Below are positions 1-10,500 of a stretch of 37,821 nt of DNA, piece by piece (the first letter of the stretch is position 1; each line of letters opens with the position of its first letter). The stretch lies in contig JAYKHR010000049.1 of NCBI GenBank assembly GCA_035285125.1, forward strand, positions 1 to 37,821. The letters run 5' to 3'. Below the pieces are notes generated by a model. The model searched no databases. It saw nothing but the letters and a program-made list of their open reading frames with translations, and was not told the origin of the DNA. The DNA comes from Candidatus Sericytochromatia bacterium (GTDB lineage Bacteria; Cyanobacteriota; Sericytochromatia; S15B-MN24; JAQBPE01). Both the position numbers and the translations under genes were made by a program.

Positions 1-1
1 C

Positions 2-1105
2 CCGACCGACCACGCCTTCCTCGTGGGCGCGGAGGGGGAGATCGTCTCGACCGCCTCGCTTCTGCCGCACCACCATTACTTCGGTGAGGCGGAGCTCGAG
101 GTCGGCGAGCTGGCCCTCGTCGGGACCCACCCTGACCGTCGGATGGAGGGGCATGCCAAGCGCCTGATCGCCCACTGGCTGGAGGTGGCGCACCAGCGCG
201 GCTACGCCTACGTCTACGTGTACGGCGAGGCGCGCGTGTACACGAACTTCGGCTTCACCTACGCCGCCCCTTCGCCCCGCTACGCCTCGCTGCGCATGGG
301 CCGAGAGGTGCTCGACCCCATCCTCTCGCCGTTCCGCGTGCGGCCGCTGATCCAGGCAGACATCCCCCTCCTCGAAGACCTCTACGACCGGACGAACTGT
401 GGCACGCCGATGGCCGAGGTGCGGACGCACGACTACTGGATGTACCGCCTCGCGCGCACGCACCGTGGCGGCTTTGGCTGGTGGGTGGCCGTGGACGCCG
501 AGAACGTACCCCACGGCTACGTGTGGGCCGACCTCGAGCGGGCCCGCCTGCGGGAGGTGGTCTGCGCCGACGAGGAAGGCTGCCGCGCGATCCTGCAGTG
601 GATGCGCTGGGAACTCACGGAGCGCAAGCTGCCCGAGTTCACGGCGCAGGTCCCGCTGGACCAGCTCTTTGCCCGGTACGCCCACCGCTGTGGCGGCATG
701 CAGGGTCACCCGCATGCCCTGTTCCCGGGCAACGCGGCGGCCCTGGTTCGCGTGCTGCGCATGCAGCCGCTGCTGGAGGGGCTGCGGCAGGTCTTCGAAC
801 GCCGCCTGGCCGACAGCCGGTTCGGTCGAGACCCCTTCGACGTCACCTTCGTGCGGCCTGGCGCCTCGGGAGAGGAGGCCGTGAACCTTCGGTGGGTGGG
901 GCAGCGGGTGCAGGTCGGGCCGGGCTACTCCGGCCACGAGATCCGGCTGCCGGCCAACGCCTGGACGCCCCTGCTGATGGGCTACTGCGGCATCGACGAC
1001 CTGCCCCACGTCGAGGTCTCCGAGCCGGAGCGTCAGTTGCTGCGCGCGCTGTTCGTGGGGGGCCACCCCTACATGTGGGACCTGGAGCTCAGCGACTGGC
1101 TTTGA
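2..1105 (+). CDS. GNAT family N-acetyltransferase, Eis-like (tandem GNAT plus SCP2-like C-terminus); 5' end probably outside window
   Basis: The frame of ORF 23..1105 is open back to base 2. Acetyl-CoA motif A-like 'VGTHPDRRMEGHAKRLI', 'VYTNFGF', second GNAT-like segment 'VRPLIQADIPLLEDLY', Eis-like tail 'WTPLLMGY...LLRALF'. Confidence 0.75.
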   Translation, partial: PTDHAFLVGAEGEIVSTASLLPHHHYFGEAELEVGELALVGTHPDRRMEGHAKRLIAHWLEVAHQRGYAYVYVYGEARVYTNFGFTYAAPSPRYASLRMGREVLDPILSPFRVRPLIQADIPLLEDLYDRTNCGTPMAEVRTHDYWMYRLARTHRGGFGWWVAVDAENVPHGYVWADLERARLREVVCADEEGCRAILQWMRWELTERKLPEFTAQVPLDQLFARYAHRCGGMQGHPHALFPGNAAALVRVLRMQPLLEGLRQVFERRLADSRFGRDPFDVTFVRPGASGEEAVNLRWVGQRVQVGPGYSGHEIRLPANAWTPLLMGYCGIDDLPHVEVSEPERQLLRALFVGGHPYMWDLELSDWL

Positions 1106-1204
1106 GCCGCGCGCCGGGCGGAGCCCAGGCGGGGAGCCCCGGCACGTCGCGTGGCCCGGGCGGCCTTCGAGACCCCCGGCGCCGCGCAGCCACGGCGTCG
1201 GGCC

Positions 1205-4200
1205 TCAGCCCGGCTGCACCGCATGTGGCTCGTACACCGAGACCTGGTTGCGGCCGTTGCGCTTCGAGTGGTAAAGCGCCTCGTCCGCCCGCTCGAAGAG
1301 CTCGGTGGCCGAGCTCGCCATGGCGGGGAAGGTCGCCAAGCCGATGGAGACGGTGACGTTCAACAGCGTGCCGTCGGGGCCTGGAAGCGTCGCGGCCTCG
1401 ACGAGCTTGCGGATGCGCTCCGCCGTCACCACGGCCCCCGCGGTGTCCGTCTCGGGGAGCAAGATGACCATCTCCTCACCGCCGTAGCGACACGGCACGT
1501 CCAGCCCGACGCGCACGGCCTCCCGCAGCGTCCTGGCGACGATGCGCAGCACGTTGTCGCCTGTCTGGTGGCCCCAGGAGTCGTTGAACCGCTTGAAGTG
1601 GTCGATGTCGAGCACCAGCAGCGAGAAGCGCCCCCCGAAGCGCCTGGTGCGACGGACCTCCTCGTCCGTCCGGCGCAGGAACATCGACCGGACGTACAGG
1701 CCCGTCAGGTGGTCCACGGTGGCCTCCCGGTAGTGCCGGGCGTTCTGCACCGCCAGCGCGGCCGTGTTGGCGATCGCCTGGGCGACGGCCACCTCCTTCT
1801 CCAGCGCCGACGTCGCACGGCTGCGCGAGTCGATGTACAGCACGCCCGTCAGCCCGGACTCGGCAATCAGGGGCACGGCGATCACGGACGCGATCTTCAA
1901 GTTGAGCACGGAGGCCCGCGTGGAGAGCTCCGCATCCTCGCCGGCATCCATCACGTGGACGGCCTGCAGCGTGTCCACGACCTTCTGACAGATCGTGCCC
2001 GAGCGCTCGCGGCCTGCCTGCGGCGGCAGCGGGCCGTCCGCGTCCCTGCCCGCACCGAACATGAGCTGCTCGTTCTCCCACATGAAAATCAGACACCGCT
2101 CCGCCTTGACGACCTCCAGCGTGACCTGGGCGATGATGTCCAGGACCTTCTCGAGTTCCAGCGTGCGGGACACCGACCGCGAGAGCTTGTTGAGGTTGTC
2201 GAGCTGCAGGATGTTGTCCATCTGCTGCTTCACCAGGCGGGCGTTCACGAGCGCCACGGCCGTCAGGCCGGCCAGGGCCTGCACGATCTCCAGATCGCCC
2301 TGGGTGAACTGGTCCGACAGCCCCTGGCGGTCCACGTAGATGGCGCCGATGGTCTCGGCCTGGTCCTTGAGCGGCACCGCGATGATCGTCTGCAGGTTCA
2401 TCCCCAGGATGGAGGCCTGCTGGGCGAAGCGAGGGTCGGACAGGGCGTCCATCACGCACAGCGTCTCGCCGGTGTCCAGCACCGTGCGCGCAATGGACCT
2501 GCTGTACTGCTCGGCGCCAGGGTCCTCCGCCTCCAGGTTGGGGGCCGTGGCATAGCGCGAGGTGGCGACGGTGTTGCCTTCCTTCAGCAGCAGCATCCCG
2601 CGCTCTGCCCCCGTGATCTCGATGATGAGTGCGAGCGACCGGTCGACGACGACGTCGACCTGCAGCGAGCTGTTCACGATGCGCGCAAAGGAGACGACCT
2701 GCTCCAGCCGCCTGGAGACCCGGTCGGGGTTCGCGCCGAGCGCCCGGCCCACGGCGGCCTCATCGGCGAGGGCATTGAGCCCGTCCGTCAGCATCCCCGC
2801 CAGCTCTCGCAGTTCCGTGAGATTGGCCGGGGCGGGGCGGCGCACGGCCGCGAGGGGCGAGACGACGGGGCCGTCGGCTGCGGCGATGTGGCTCCGGCCG
2901 AAGGCCTGCAAGTAGGTGTCGCTCTCATCCCCGAGCCCCGCCGCCATGGCGTGGATCAGCTCGCGCGCGCGCGCCCGAGCGGCCTTGAAGACGGGCCCGG
3001 TGCCCTGCTGAGCCAGGCAGGCCAGCGCGAGCGGAAGGACGTGGCGCTGCTGGGTCGCCTCGAGCTGCTTCACCGCCGTTTCCGCCGCAGCCCGGCCCAC
3101 CTCACCGCCGTCCAGCGCGGCCTCCAGCAGCCGGAGCGGGGCCTCTTCTCGGGGAGCCCCCACCTCCTCCAGCAAGGTGTGGGCCGCATGCAAGGCCTGG
3201 TACGCCCCGGCCTCGTCGCCGACGCGGTGGCAGGCCTCTCCGCGCAGCCGGTGGGCACGCAGCTTGACGGCCGCGTTGTGGGACGCGCACAGGGCCGGCA
3301 GCGCCTCCAACGCCTGCGCGGTGTCGCCGCTCTGCAGCGCCACCTCGGCCAGCACCAACCTGGCCCGCTCGCAGAACTCGGGGGCGCCGGCAGTTTCTCC
3401 GAAGGCGAGCAGGGCCTCCGCCTCGGTCGAGGCGAGGTCGAACTGCCCCAACAGGCACCGCAGGGGTGCTTCGAACTGTCTGACGAGGGCCCGCAGCAGC
3501 TTGTGGTTGATGGCCTCCGCCACCTCGACGGCCTCTGCGAGCCTGGCCAGGCCCTCGGCCGTGCGTCCCATGTGGCCGGCGGCTGAACCCTCCACGGCGA
3601 TGGCTGCGGCCATCGGGAACTTGCGGTTGAGCCGCCTTGCCTCGGCCGCGACCCCCGCTGCGACCTGCTCCGCCTCCACGAAGAGGCCCTGGTCCTCGGC
3701 CACCAGCGCCAGGTTCAGGCGGGCGAAGAGCGCCTCTCCCTGGACCCCTGCCTCTTCGTAAAGCTCGGCGGCCCGCGAGAAGGCCTCACGCGCACCCACG
3801 AGCTGGCCAAGCGCGAGCTGCAGGTTGCCGAGGCCCGCCGAGGCCACGGATTCCAGGTGGCGGTTCTGGAGCTCTCGCGCGATCGCGGTGGCTTCCTCCA
3901 TGCACCTCAGGCCCTCCTGGAGCCGGGCTTCTTCGCCTTGAAAAGTCTCGCCCACCTCCGCGAGCACCTGGCTGAGCTCCTTCGGGCTGGCGTGGCGGCG
4001 GGCGAGCGCGAGGGCCTCGCACCCCAGCGCGTAGGCGCTGTCGAGGTCTCCGGCGAAGAAGGCCAGCCGTCCCAGGGCCCGCAGCGAGCGGCAGCGCTCG
4101 AGTGGCGCGTGTTCCCCGGCCACCTCGGCGGCCCGCTGGAACACCCCCCGCGCCTGGTCGTAACCGCTCTTGAGCTGGTGGAACTTGCCCAGGCCGTTCA

Positions 4201-6433
4201 GGGAACGGGCGAGCAGACCCGGGTCTCCCAACGTCTCCGCGAGGACCACCGCGGCCTCGGCGATCGCGAGGGCCTCGTCGGCCTCGTCGAGGCTGCGGTG
4301 GGCGGTGGCGAGCAGCTCGAGCATCTCCAGCCGCTCGTCTGCAGGGCGGTCCGCGCCGAGTTCCACGGCCGCGGCGGCGAACCGCTTCACCGCGTGCAAG
4401 GCCTTCACGGCCATGTTGTGGCGCGCCGCCTCGACGAGCCAGGACAGCCCCTCGCGGGGGGCCGGGCCATGCACGGTGTGGTGGGCGACGGCGTTCAGCC
4501 AGCGCAGGACCGGGGGAGAGCCGATCCGGGGCGCGAGCGCGGAGGCCAGCGCCCCGTGGACGCGGCGCTTGGTCGCGGGATCGAGGGCCTCCGTCAGCCA
4601 GGCCGCAAGCTGGCCGTCCAGCGGGGCCAGTTCGGTCGCCGTGACCTTGGCGAGCTGGTGTTCGCCCAGCAGCGCCACGGCTTCCTCGAAGGCCTCCTGC
4701 GGGAGCTCGGCGGCCTCGGCGGCACTGGCCGGTGGCAGCGCCGCCGCCTGCACGGCCAGCACCTCGAGGAGCCGGCGCGCCTCAGGGGTCAGGGCCTCGA
4801 GGCGGCTCGCGTAAAGGGCCCGGATGCCACTCGGTAGGCCCCCGGAGCTGCCGGCGACCAGGGCCCAGGTCTTCTGCCGCCGCAGCAGCTGGCGGGTGCC
4901 AAGCAGGTGTCGGAGCAGGTCGTCCAGGAAGCGGGGGTTGCCCTGCGTCGCGTTGAACAGCTGCTCCACGACGTCCCCGGGCACGGCGTCACCCCCGAGG
5001 GCGTGGCCGACGAGTTGGGCCACCTCGATGGCCGAGAGCAGGGGCAGCTCATGCGCCTGAAACGGGCCTGCGGGGGGGGCCTCGCTGGCGACCAGCCAGG
5101 CCACGGGGTGTCGCGTGGTGCCCTCGATGAGCTGTGTCAGCAGCTTCTGGCTGGCCGGGTCGGCCAGGTGCCAGTCGTCGATCAGGAACACGAGGCCGCG
5201 GCCGCTGGCGATCCGCTCCACGAGTCGGCTCAAGGCGGCCCAGAGGCGGGCCCCGGGGTCACCCACTTCCCCTGCCTCGCCGCCCGTGAACGGCGCCAGC
5301 GCTTCCTGCAGCGGCGCGACGAGCTCGGGGGCGACGTGGCGGCCCACGGCGAGCAGGTCGCCCGACAGGTCGAGCCAGGCGGCGAACGGCGTGCCATCAG
5401 GGCTGGCGGCTCCGAACACGAGGGGCACATCGAGCAGCCTGGCCCGGCCGGCCACCTCCTCCAGCAACCGCGTCTTGCCCGACCCGGGAACACCCAGCAG
5501 CGCGAGGGGCCGGGGCCGGTGGCCGGTCACGGCCTCTCCTGCCGCTGCCACCAGTTCGTTGAGCAGGTTTGCGTGGCCCACCAGGGGGCCCTGCAGGGGC
5601 ACGGTGAGGGCCTCATCCTCGGCGGCCGGCAACCCCAGGCTCCGCAGCACCTCCCCGGCCGACTGCGGGCGATCCTGCGGACGCTTCGCCAGCAGCCGCA
5701 TCACCAGGCCCTCGAGGTCCGGGGGCAGGTCCGGCACGAGGCGCCCTGGCGGCGTCGGCGCGGTCTCCACGTGCTGGCGCAGCACGTCGGCCGGGGTGGG
5801 GCCCGCGTGGGGGTAGCGGCCCGTGAGCAGCCGGTACACCATCACGCCGACGGCATACATGTCGGCCCGCTGGTCGGCCTTGCCTCGCTGGATCAGCTCC
5901 GGGGCGAGGTGGGTCACGGTGCCTTCGACGCCGGCCGGCCGGTTTCCCGACAGCCCGGCGAGCCCGTAGTCCATCAGGCGCAGGCTCCCGTCGGCCATCC
6001 GCATGACGTTCTCTGCCTTGATGTCGCCGTGCACCACGCCCCGCTGGTGCAGGTGGCCCAAGATGGGGAGCAACTCGGCCAGGAGCGCTCGCGCCTCCGA
6101 TGCCGCCAGGGTGGCCTCGGCCTGGGCGAGGCTCTCCCCGTCGACCAGCTCCATCGCGAAGCAGGGCAGCCCGTCCTGGGTGAGGCAGAGGCCGTGCACC
6201 TTGGGGATGCCCGGGTGGTCGAGCAGCGCCATGACGCGGTGCTCAGCCTTGAACCGCCGCTGGGCGATCGGATCGAGCGCGAGGTCCGCGCTCATCACCT
6301 TGAGCGCCCAGTCGGTCCCGCTGGTCGCATCGGCGACGCGGTACACCACGGCCATGCCGCCAGCTCCAAGGCGGGACACCACCTGGTAGCGGTTGCCAAC
6401 GAGGGTGCCTATCAGCGACCCGGTTTCAGCCAC
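1205..6433 (-). CDS. Ser/Thr kinase - STAND/AAA ATPase - TPR - GAF - GAF - diguanylate cyclase multidomain protein (1742 aa)
   Basis: Kinase: LGAGGMAVV, ALK, HGDIKAEN, DYG, LAPE. Walker A GVPGSGKT, Walker B FLIDDWHLAD, GNP motif. Ala/Leu-rich TPR-like helices, two GAF-like domains (IIAVPLK..IYVD; VIAVPL..LYIDS). DGC: DIDHFKRFNDSWGH..GD and RYGGEEM. Confidence 0.9.
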   Translation of the reverse strand: MAETGSLIGTLVGNRYQVVSRLGAGGMAVVYRVADATSGTDWALKVMSADLALDPIAQRRFKAEHRVMALLDHPGIPKVHGLCLTQDGLPCFAMELVDGESLAQAEATLAASEARALLAELLPILGHLHQRGVVHGDIKAENVMRMADGSLRLMDYGLAGLSGNRPAGVEGTVTHLAPELIQRGKADQRADMYAVGVMVYRLLTGRYPHAGPTPADVLRQHVETAPTPPGRLVPDLPPDLEGLVMRLLAKRPQDRPQSAGEVLRSLGLPAAEDEALTVPLQGPLVGHANLLNELVAAAGEAVTGHRPRPLALLGVPGSGKTRLLEEVAGRARLLDVPLVFGAASPDGTPFAAWLDLSGDLLAVGRHVAPELVAPLQEALAPFTGGEAGEVGDPGARLWAALSRLVERIASGRGLVFLIDDWHLADPASQKLLTQLIEGTTRHPVAWLVASEAPPAGPFQAHELPLLSAIEVAQLVGHALGGDAVPGDVVEQLFNATQGNPRFLDDLLRHLLGTRQLLRRQKTWALVAGSSGGLPSGIRALYASRLEALTPEARRLLEVLAVQAAALPPASAAEAAELPQEAFEEAVALLGEHQLAKVTATELAPLDGQLAAWLTEALDPATKRRVHGALASALAPRIGSPPVLRWLNAVAHHTVHGPAPREGLSWLVEAARHNMAVKALHAVKRFAAAAVELGADRPADERLEMLELLATAHRSLDEADEALAIAEAAVVLAETLGDPGLLARSLNGLGKFHQLKSGYDQARGVFQRAAEVAGEHAPLERCRSLRALGRLAFFAGDLDSAYALGCEALALARRHASPKELSQVLAEVGETFQGEEARLQEGLRCMEEATAIARELQNRHLESVASAGLGNLQLALGQLVGAREAFSRAAELYEEAGVQGEALFARLNLALVAEDQGLFVEAEQVAAGVAAEARRLNRKFPMAAAIAVEGSAAGHMGRTAEGLARLAEAVEVAEAINHKLLRALVRQFEAPLRCLLGQFDLASTEAEALLAFGETAGAPEFCERARLVLAEVALQSGDTAQALEALPALCASHNAAVKLRAHRLRGEACHRVGDEAGAYQALHAAHTLLEEVGAPREEAPLRLLEAALDGGEVGRAAAETAVKQLEATQQRHVLPLALACLAQQGTGPVFKAARARARELIHAMAAGLGDESDTYLQAFGRSHIAAADGPVVSPLAAVRRPAPANLTELRELAGMLTDGLNALADEAAVGRALGANPDRVSRRLEQVVSFARIVNSSLQVDVVVDRSLALIIEITGAERGMLLLKEGNTVATSRYATAPNLEAEDPGAEQYSRSIARTVLDTGETLCVMDALSDPRFAQQASILGMNLQTIIAVPLKDQAETIGAIYVDRQGLSDQFTQGDLEIVQALAGLTAVALVNARLVKQQMDNILQLDNLNKLSRSVSRTLELEKVLDIIAQVTLEVVKAERCLIFMWENEQLMFGAGRDADGPLPPQAGRERSGTICQKVVDTLQAVHVMDAGEDAELSTRASVLNLKIASVIAVPLIAESGLTGVLYIDSRSRATSALEKEVAVAQAIANTAALAVQNARHYREATVDHLTGLYVRSMFLRRTDEEVRRTRRFGGRFSLLVLDIDHFKRFNDSWGHQTGDNVLRIVARTLREAVRVGLDVPCRYGGEEMVILLPETDTAGAVVTAERIRKLVEAATLPGPDGTLLNVTVSIGLATFPAMASSATELFERADEALYHSKRNGRNQVSVYEPHAVQPG

Positions 6434-6540
6434 GTCATACTTCCCGCAAGCAGCCTGCCGCCGGCGGCCCTGGGCCGGCTCCCTCGCTATGTACCCGCCG
6501 TGAATGGGGGCTAACAGGCGATGCCCGCGCCGCGCCCCGG

Positions 6541-7539
6541 TTACGAACCGGGCAACGGCGCCGTGCCCGCCCTCCCCTCACCCGCCGGGGCGTCGGGGAA
6601 AAGCCCCTCGTCGCTTTGCGGAAACAGGTCCCGCATCATCGGGTGGCTCCGGCACGAGATCGCCAGCCGGGACAGGGGGTAGAGCGTCTCCTTGAGCGGG
6701 TCCACCTCCCCACCCGCCTTCGCCTCCTCGAGCTGCTTGCCGAGCTGGTCATACAGGCTGCGCGCCTCCTGGAGGCGTTGCACGAGCTCAGTGCTGGTGC
6801 CGATCCCCAGCGCGAGCAGCCGGGCGGTGCGGGTCGAGCCAGTCAGCATCCCGCGGATCTCCAGGGCGTTGCCGTTCTCGATCAGCTCGAGGGTCTGGAG
6901 CAAGGTCGCCATCCGGGGGGCCAGGCTGGCCTTGAGCAGCTCCGCCTTGCGCAGCACCTCCTCCCGGGCCTTCTTGTACTTCAGCCGCTCCACCGCGGAC
7001 ATCGGGGGCTTGGCCGCGACGCCCGTCTGCGGGGCGGGGAAGAGCTGGGCGAGGACCCGATCCCCCTTGAAGACCTCGTGGAAGCGGCACAGGTAGAACA
7101 CCTGCAACTTGAGCTCCTCAAGGACCTCCTGCTGGACCTGGTTCACCTCCAGCGCGGCCACCACCGCGCCGCTGAGTCGTACAGCCTCGTAGAACCGGAA
7201 GACGGCGATCTGCACCTCCTGGGACAGCTCGGGCTTGGAGGTCAGCATGACCGTCATGTAGCCCACGATCTGCTCCCCTTTGGGCGACAGCGGGTGCTTG
7301 TAGGTCACGTTGCCCACCCCTGGCACCGGCAGGTTCGCCGCGCGACACGCGCGCAAGAGCAGCTCCATGCGGGGCTCCAGCGTCTCGATCGACAGCCTCG
7401 CCTTGCCGAGCGTGTCGTCCGTCTGCGTCCGCAGGGCCTCTGCCCCGAGCAGGGGGCGCGAGCCCTGGCGCAGCGGGGCAGTGCCTGCCGCTTGGCGCAG
7501 CGGCCCGGTCTGGCGCTGGAAGGAGTCCCGGTTGCTCAC
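6541..7539 (-). CDS. Hypothetical alpha-helical protein with internal tandem duplication (332 aa)
   Basis: 3' part of ORF 6541..7947. Start reassigned to GTG 7539, after the upstream stop at 7586 and behind an AGGGGG RBS-like tract. Charged protein-like composition and high GC3. Confidence 0.75.
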   Translation of the reverse strand: MSNRDSFQRQTGPLRQAAGTAPLRQGSRPLLGAEALRTQTDDTLGKARLSIETLEPRMELLLRACRAANLPVPGVGNVTYKHPLSPKGEQIVGYMTVMLTSKPELSQEVQIAVFRFYEAVRLSGAVVAALEVNQVQQEVLEELKLQVFYLCRFHEVFKGDRVLAQLFPAPQTGVAAKPPMSAVERLKYKKAREEVLRKAELLKASLAPRMATLLQTLELIENGNALEIRGMLTGSTRTARLLALGIGTSTELVQRLQEARSLYDQLGKQLEEAKAGGEVDPLKETLYPLSRLAISCRSHPMMRDLFPQSDEGLFPDAPAGEGRAGTAPLPGS

Positions 7540-7585
7540 GACGTGGCTGGCCCCCTGTTTGAGAGCCGCGTGTGTGCGGGCTGTC

Positions 7586-10500
7586 TCATCCGCGCACGCC
7601 CGCTGGCTGGAACCGGCTCCAGAACGCGCCGAACATGTCGGCGAGCCGGCCCAGGGTGTGCAGCGCCGCGGGGTCTTCGTCGACGACCATCGGGTGGTCC
7701 AGGTAGAGCACGCCCAGGATGCGGTCGCCAAGGCGAATCGGTACGGCGAAGATGGTCCGCAGCCCGAGCGCCTGCACGCTGTCGCGGTGCTGGAACACCT
7801 CGTCGTCCTGGGCGTCCACGAGGTGCAACGGCTCTCCCTGCTGGAAGACCCACTGGACGACGCCCCAGGAGATCTCCGCGTCTTCGGGCTCCAACCGCTC
7901 GCCCGTGGCGTCGAAAGCCTGCCGCAGGGTGCCGGGGTCTGGCCCATCGAGCCAGACGGCCCGGCTCACACCGCAAAGCGGAACGGCCTCGGCCGCGACG
8001 CAGGCGAACCCGGCGGCCAGGTCGTCCGACTGCAACAGGCCGAGGGCCAGGCGGTGCAGGAGCTCGTGCTCGGCATGCGAGTTGCGCAGCTGTTCCAGCC
8101 TGCGGGTGTTCGACAGCGCGATCGCGACCTGGCGGGCCAGCGCCATCGCGAGGCTCAGTTCTGCCGGCCCGAAGCGGGTGTTGACGCGCTTCGAGTCGGC
8201 CATCATGACGCCGAGGATCTCGGTGCCATCGTGCAGGGGCACGGCCACCACTGAGCGCAGCGCCAGCGCCTGGACGCTCTGTCGGGTCGAGAACTCCGTG
8301 TGGCACGAGGCATCTTCGAGCACCAGCGGCTCGCCACTCCAGAGCACCTGGTGGGCCAGGCCCGAGCTGAACTCGTCGTTGTCCCGCTCGTCCATGCCAT
8401 AAAACACCTGCTGCGTGACCTCAAAGCCGTTGTAGAGCAGCAGGAAGCCGCGCTCGGCGCCCGCTATCTCAACGAGGGCCGTCAGGGCTTGCTGCATGAC
8501 GCGCGGCACGTCGGGCTGCGAGGTGATCGTGGCGAGCAGGTCCGTCAGGTGGTGGAATCGCTCCCCGCCAGCGGCCTCCGCCGGACGCTCCAGCTCGTGG
8601 ACTGCCGCCCGTTCCGGCCAGCCGAGGTAGGCCAGCTTTTCGGCCTCGGAGAGCCCTGCCAGGAGGTCCTCGAGGCGCTGCGGGGCCATGCGGCGGTCGT
8701 CCCGACCGGCCGGGTGGGTGCGGCCGAAGCCGGCCTGGCAGAGGATGTCCGTGACCTGGCTGCCCGAGACGGAGGCCAGCGCCCGACCTTCGGTGAACCG
8801 CTCAGCGGCAGCTGCATCGTCCAGGCCGCTGAGCACCCGCCCCCAGAGCTCCCGTAGCTCCGCCCCAAGCAACACCAGACCGGCGATCGCGGCCTGCTCG
8901 GCGGCCTCCGCCACGGCTGTGAGGGCCAGGTCGGGCTGACCAGCCGCCAGCGTGTGTTCGGCCTGCCAGCGCAGCGCGTGCGCCACGGCCACGGGCTGCC
9001 CTGTGTGGCGGGCCGCCTCGAGCAGGCGCGCGAGCAGGGCGGCCGCGTCCGGGCGCTCGAGGCGCACGGCCAGCACGGCTTCCTGGCGCTCGAACCTGGC
9101 GTTGTGCTCGTCGTTCTGGGTCTCGCTCGCGAGCTGGCGGGCCGCGGCCAAATCCTCCAGGGCCTCCGCGAAGCGGCCGAGGTGCAGCCAGGCCTCGACG
9201 CGCCGCGCCAGCACCCCGAGCTCCAGGTAGCGGTTGTTGATCTCTCGTGCCACCCGCAGCGCCTGGTCCAGCTGCGCCTGCCCGCCCGTGAGGTCGCCCT
9301 GCAGCGTGCTGGCCTGGCCGGCCAGCGCGCGTGCGTAGGCCTCTGGGAACTTGCGGCCCTGGCGCCGGGACAGCTCCAAAGCCTCCGAGGCCTGTAGCTG
9401 TGCGTCCTTCAGGTGGCCGAGTTCCAGGCTCACGGCCCCCATGTTGATGAGGGCGAAGCACCGCTCGTTGGCGGCGGCCATCCGCTCACAGAGCGCCATG
9501 CAGCGTTCGAACACTGGCTTGGCCTCGAGGAAGCGCCCCTGCATCAGGTACACGTTGCCGAGGTTGTTGCAGGTGTCATGCAGCATGTAGGTGTTGTCGA
9601 GCGCCGTGTTGACGGCGATGGCCTCCTCGAGCAGGGACAGGGCCTCCGGCACCTGGTCCGCGCCCGTGGTCGCGAGCAAGTAGCCGTACAGGCTCAGGGC
9701 GGTGCCCAGCATGGTGTGGGTGCCCGCCACGCGGGCATCGTGGATCGCCGCGCGCAGGTACTCGCGGGCCACCAGCCCGTTCCCGGAGAAGAACGCCGTC
9801 CGACCCGCGAACACGCGGGCGCGCACGGCCGTTGTCGCGTCACCCGAGGCCGTGGCGAGGGCGATCGCCTCCTCGTAGGTGGCGAGCGCCTCGGGGTATC
9901 GGCCCTTCGTTTGCTGCATCACGCCGAGCGTGCAGAGGTGTTCAGGAAGCCTCGCCGTGCCCGCGGCCCTGGCGTGGGCGAGCACCTCGGCCTCGTGGAC
10001 GTCGAGGGCCTCGTCGATGCGACCCGCGAACCTGAGCCCGTTGGAGCGGTAGGCCTGCAGCGCCGCCGTGTCGGCAGGTGCCACCCCGGGCACGGCGGTG
10101 GCCTGCTCCAGCAGGGGCAGCAACGGCGTCAGGGCATGGAGGCCCTGGGCCCGCGCGGCGGCCGCCAGCACCCAGGGCACGGCCCGCGTCGGGCTCTCGC
10201 TGGCGAGCAGGTGCCGGGCCACGGCCATCGCCTCCGCGAGGTCCAGGGCGTCGGGCGCCGGGCCGGTGCGGTCCAGCCACCATCTGGCAGCGGCCCCGTG
10301 CCAGGCGGTGCGCGTGGCGTGAGGCACCGTCGCGGCGACCGCCTCGGCCTGCATCGGCCTCGAGAAGCGGTAGGCCGCGGGGTCTCGCAGCAGCGTGCCC
10401 GAGGCCTCCAGCTCCGTCAGGGCGCCGAAGAACGCCGCGTCATCCAGCTCCGACACGGCCGCTAGCGCCGCCAGCGGGCCCGTCGCGCCCAGCACGGCCG

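Noticed and set aside
1106..1204. Terminator or REP-like hairpins in the convergent gap
   Set aside because: Only imperfect GC stems with no U-tract, and no second copy noticed in the window.
1151..3586. Long plus-strand ORFs opposite real genes (1151-3586, 4907-6514, 23291-25363, 27243-29063, 35400-37658 and similar)
   Set aside because: Antisense or off-frame shadows expected in high-GC DNA; no family motifs, while the opposite frames carry clear motifs.
7540..7947. N-terminal extension of ORF 6541..7947
   Set aside because: Overlaps the upstream kinase gene in another frame, is low-complexity, and holds no GGDEF remnant; a better start with RBS exists at 7539.
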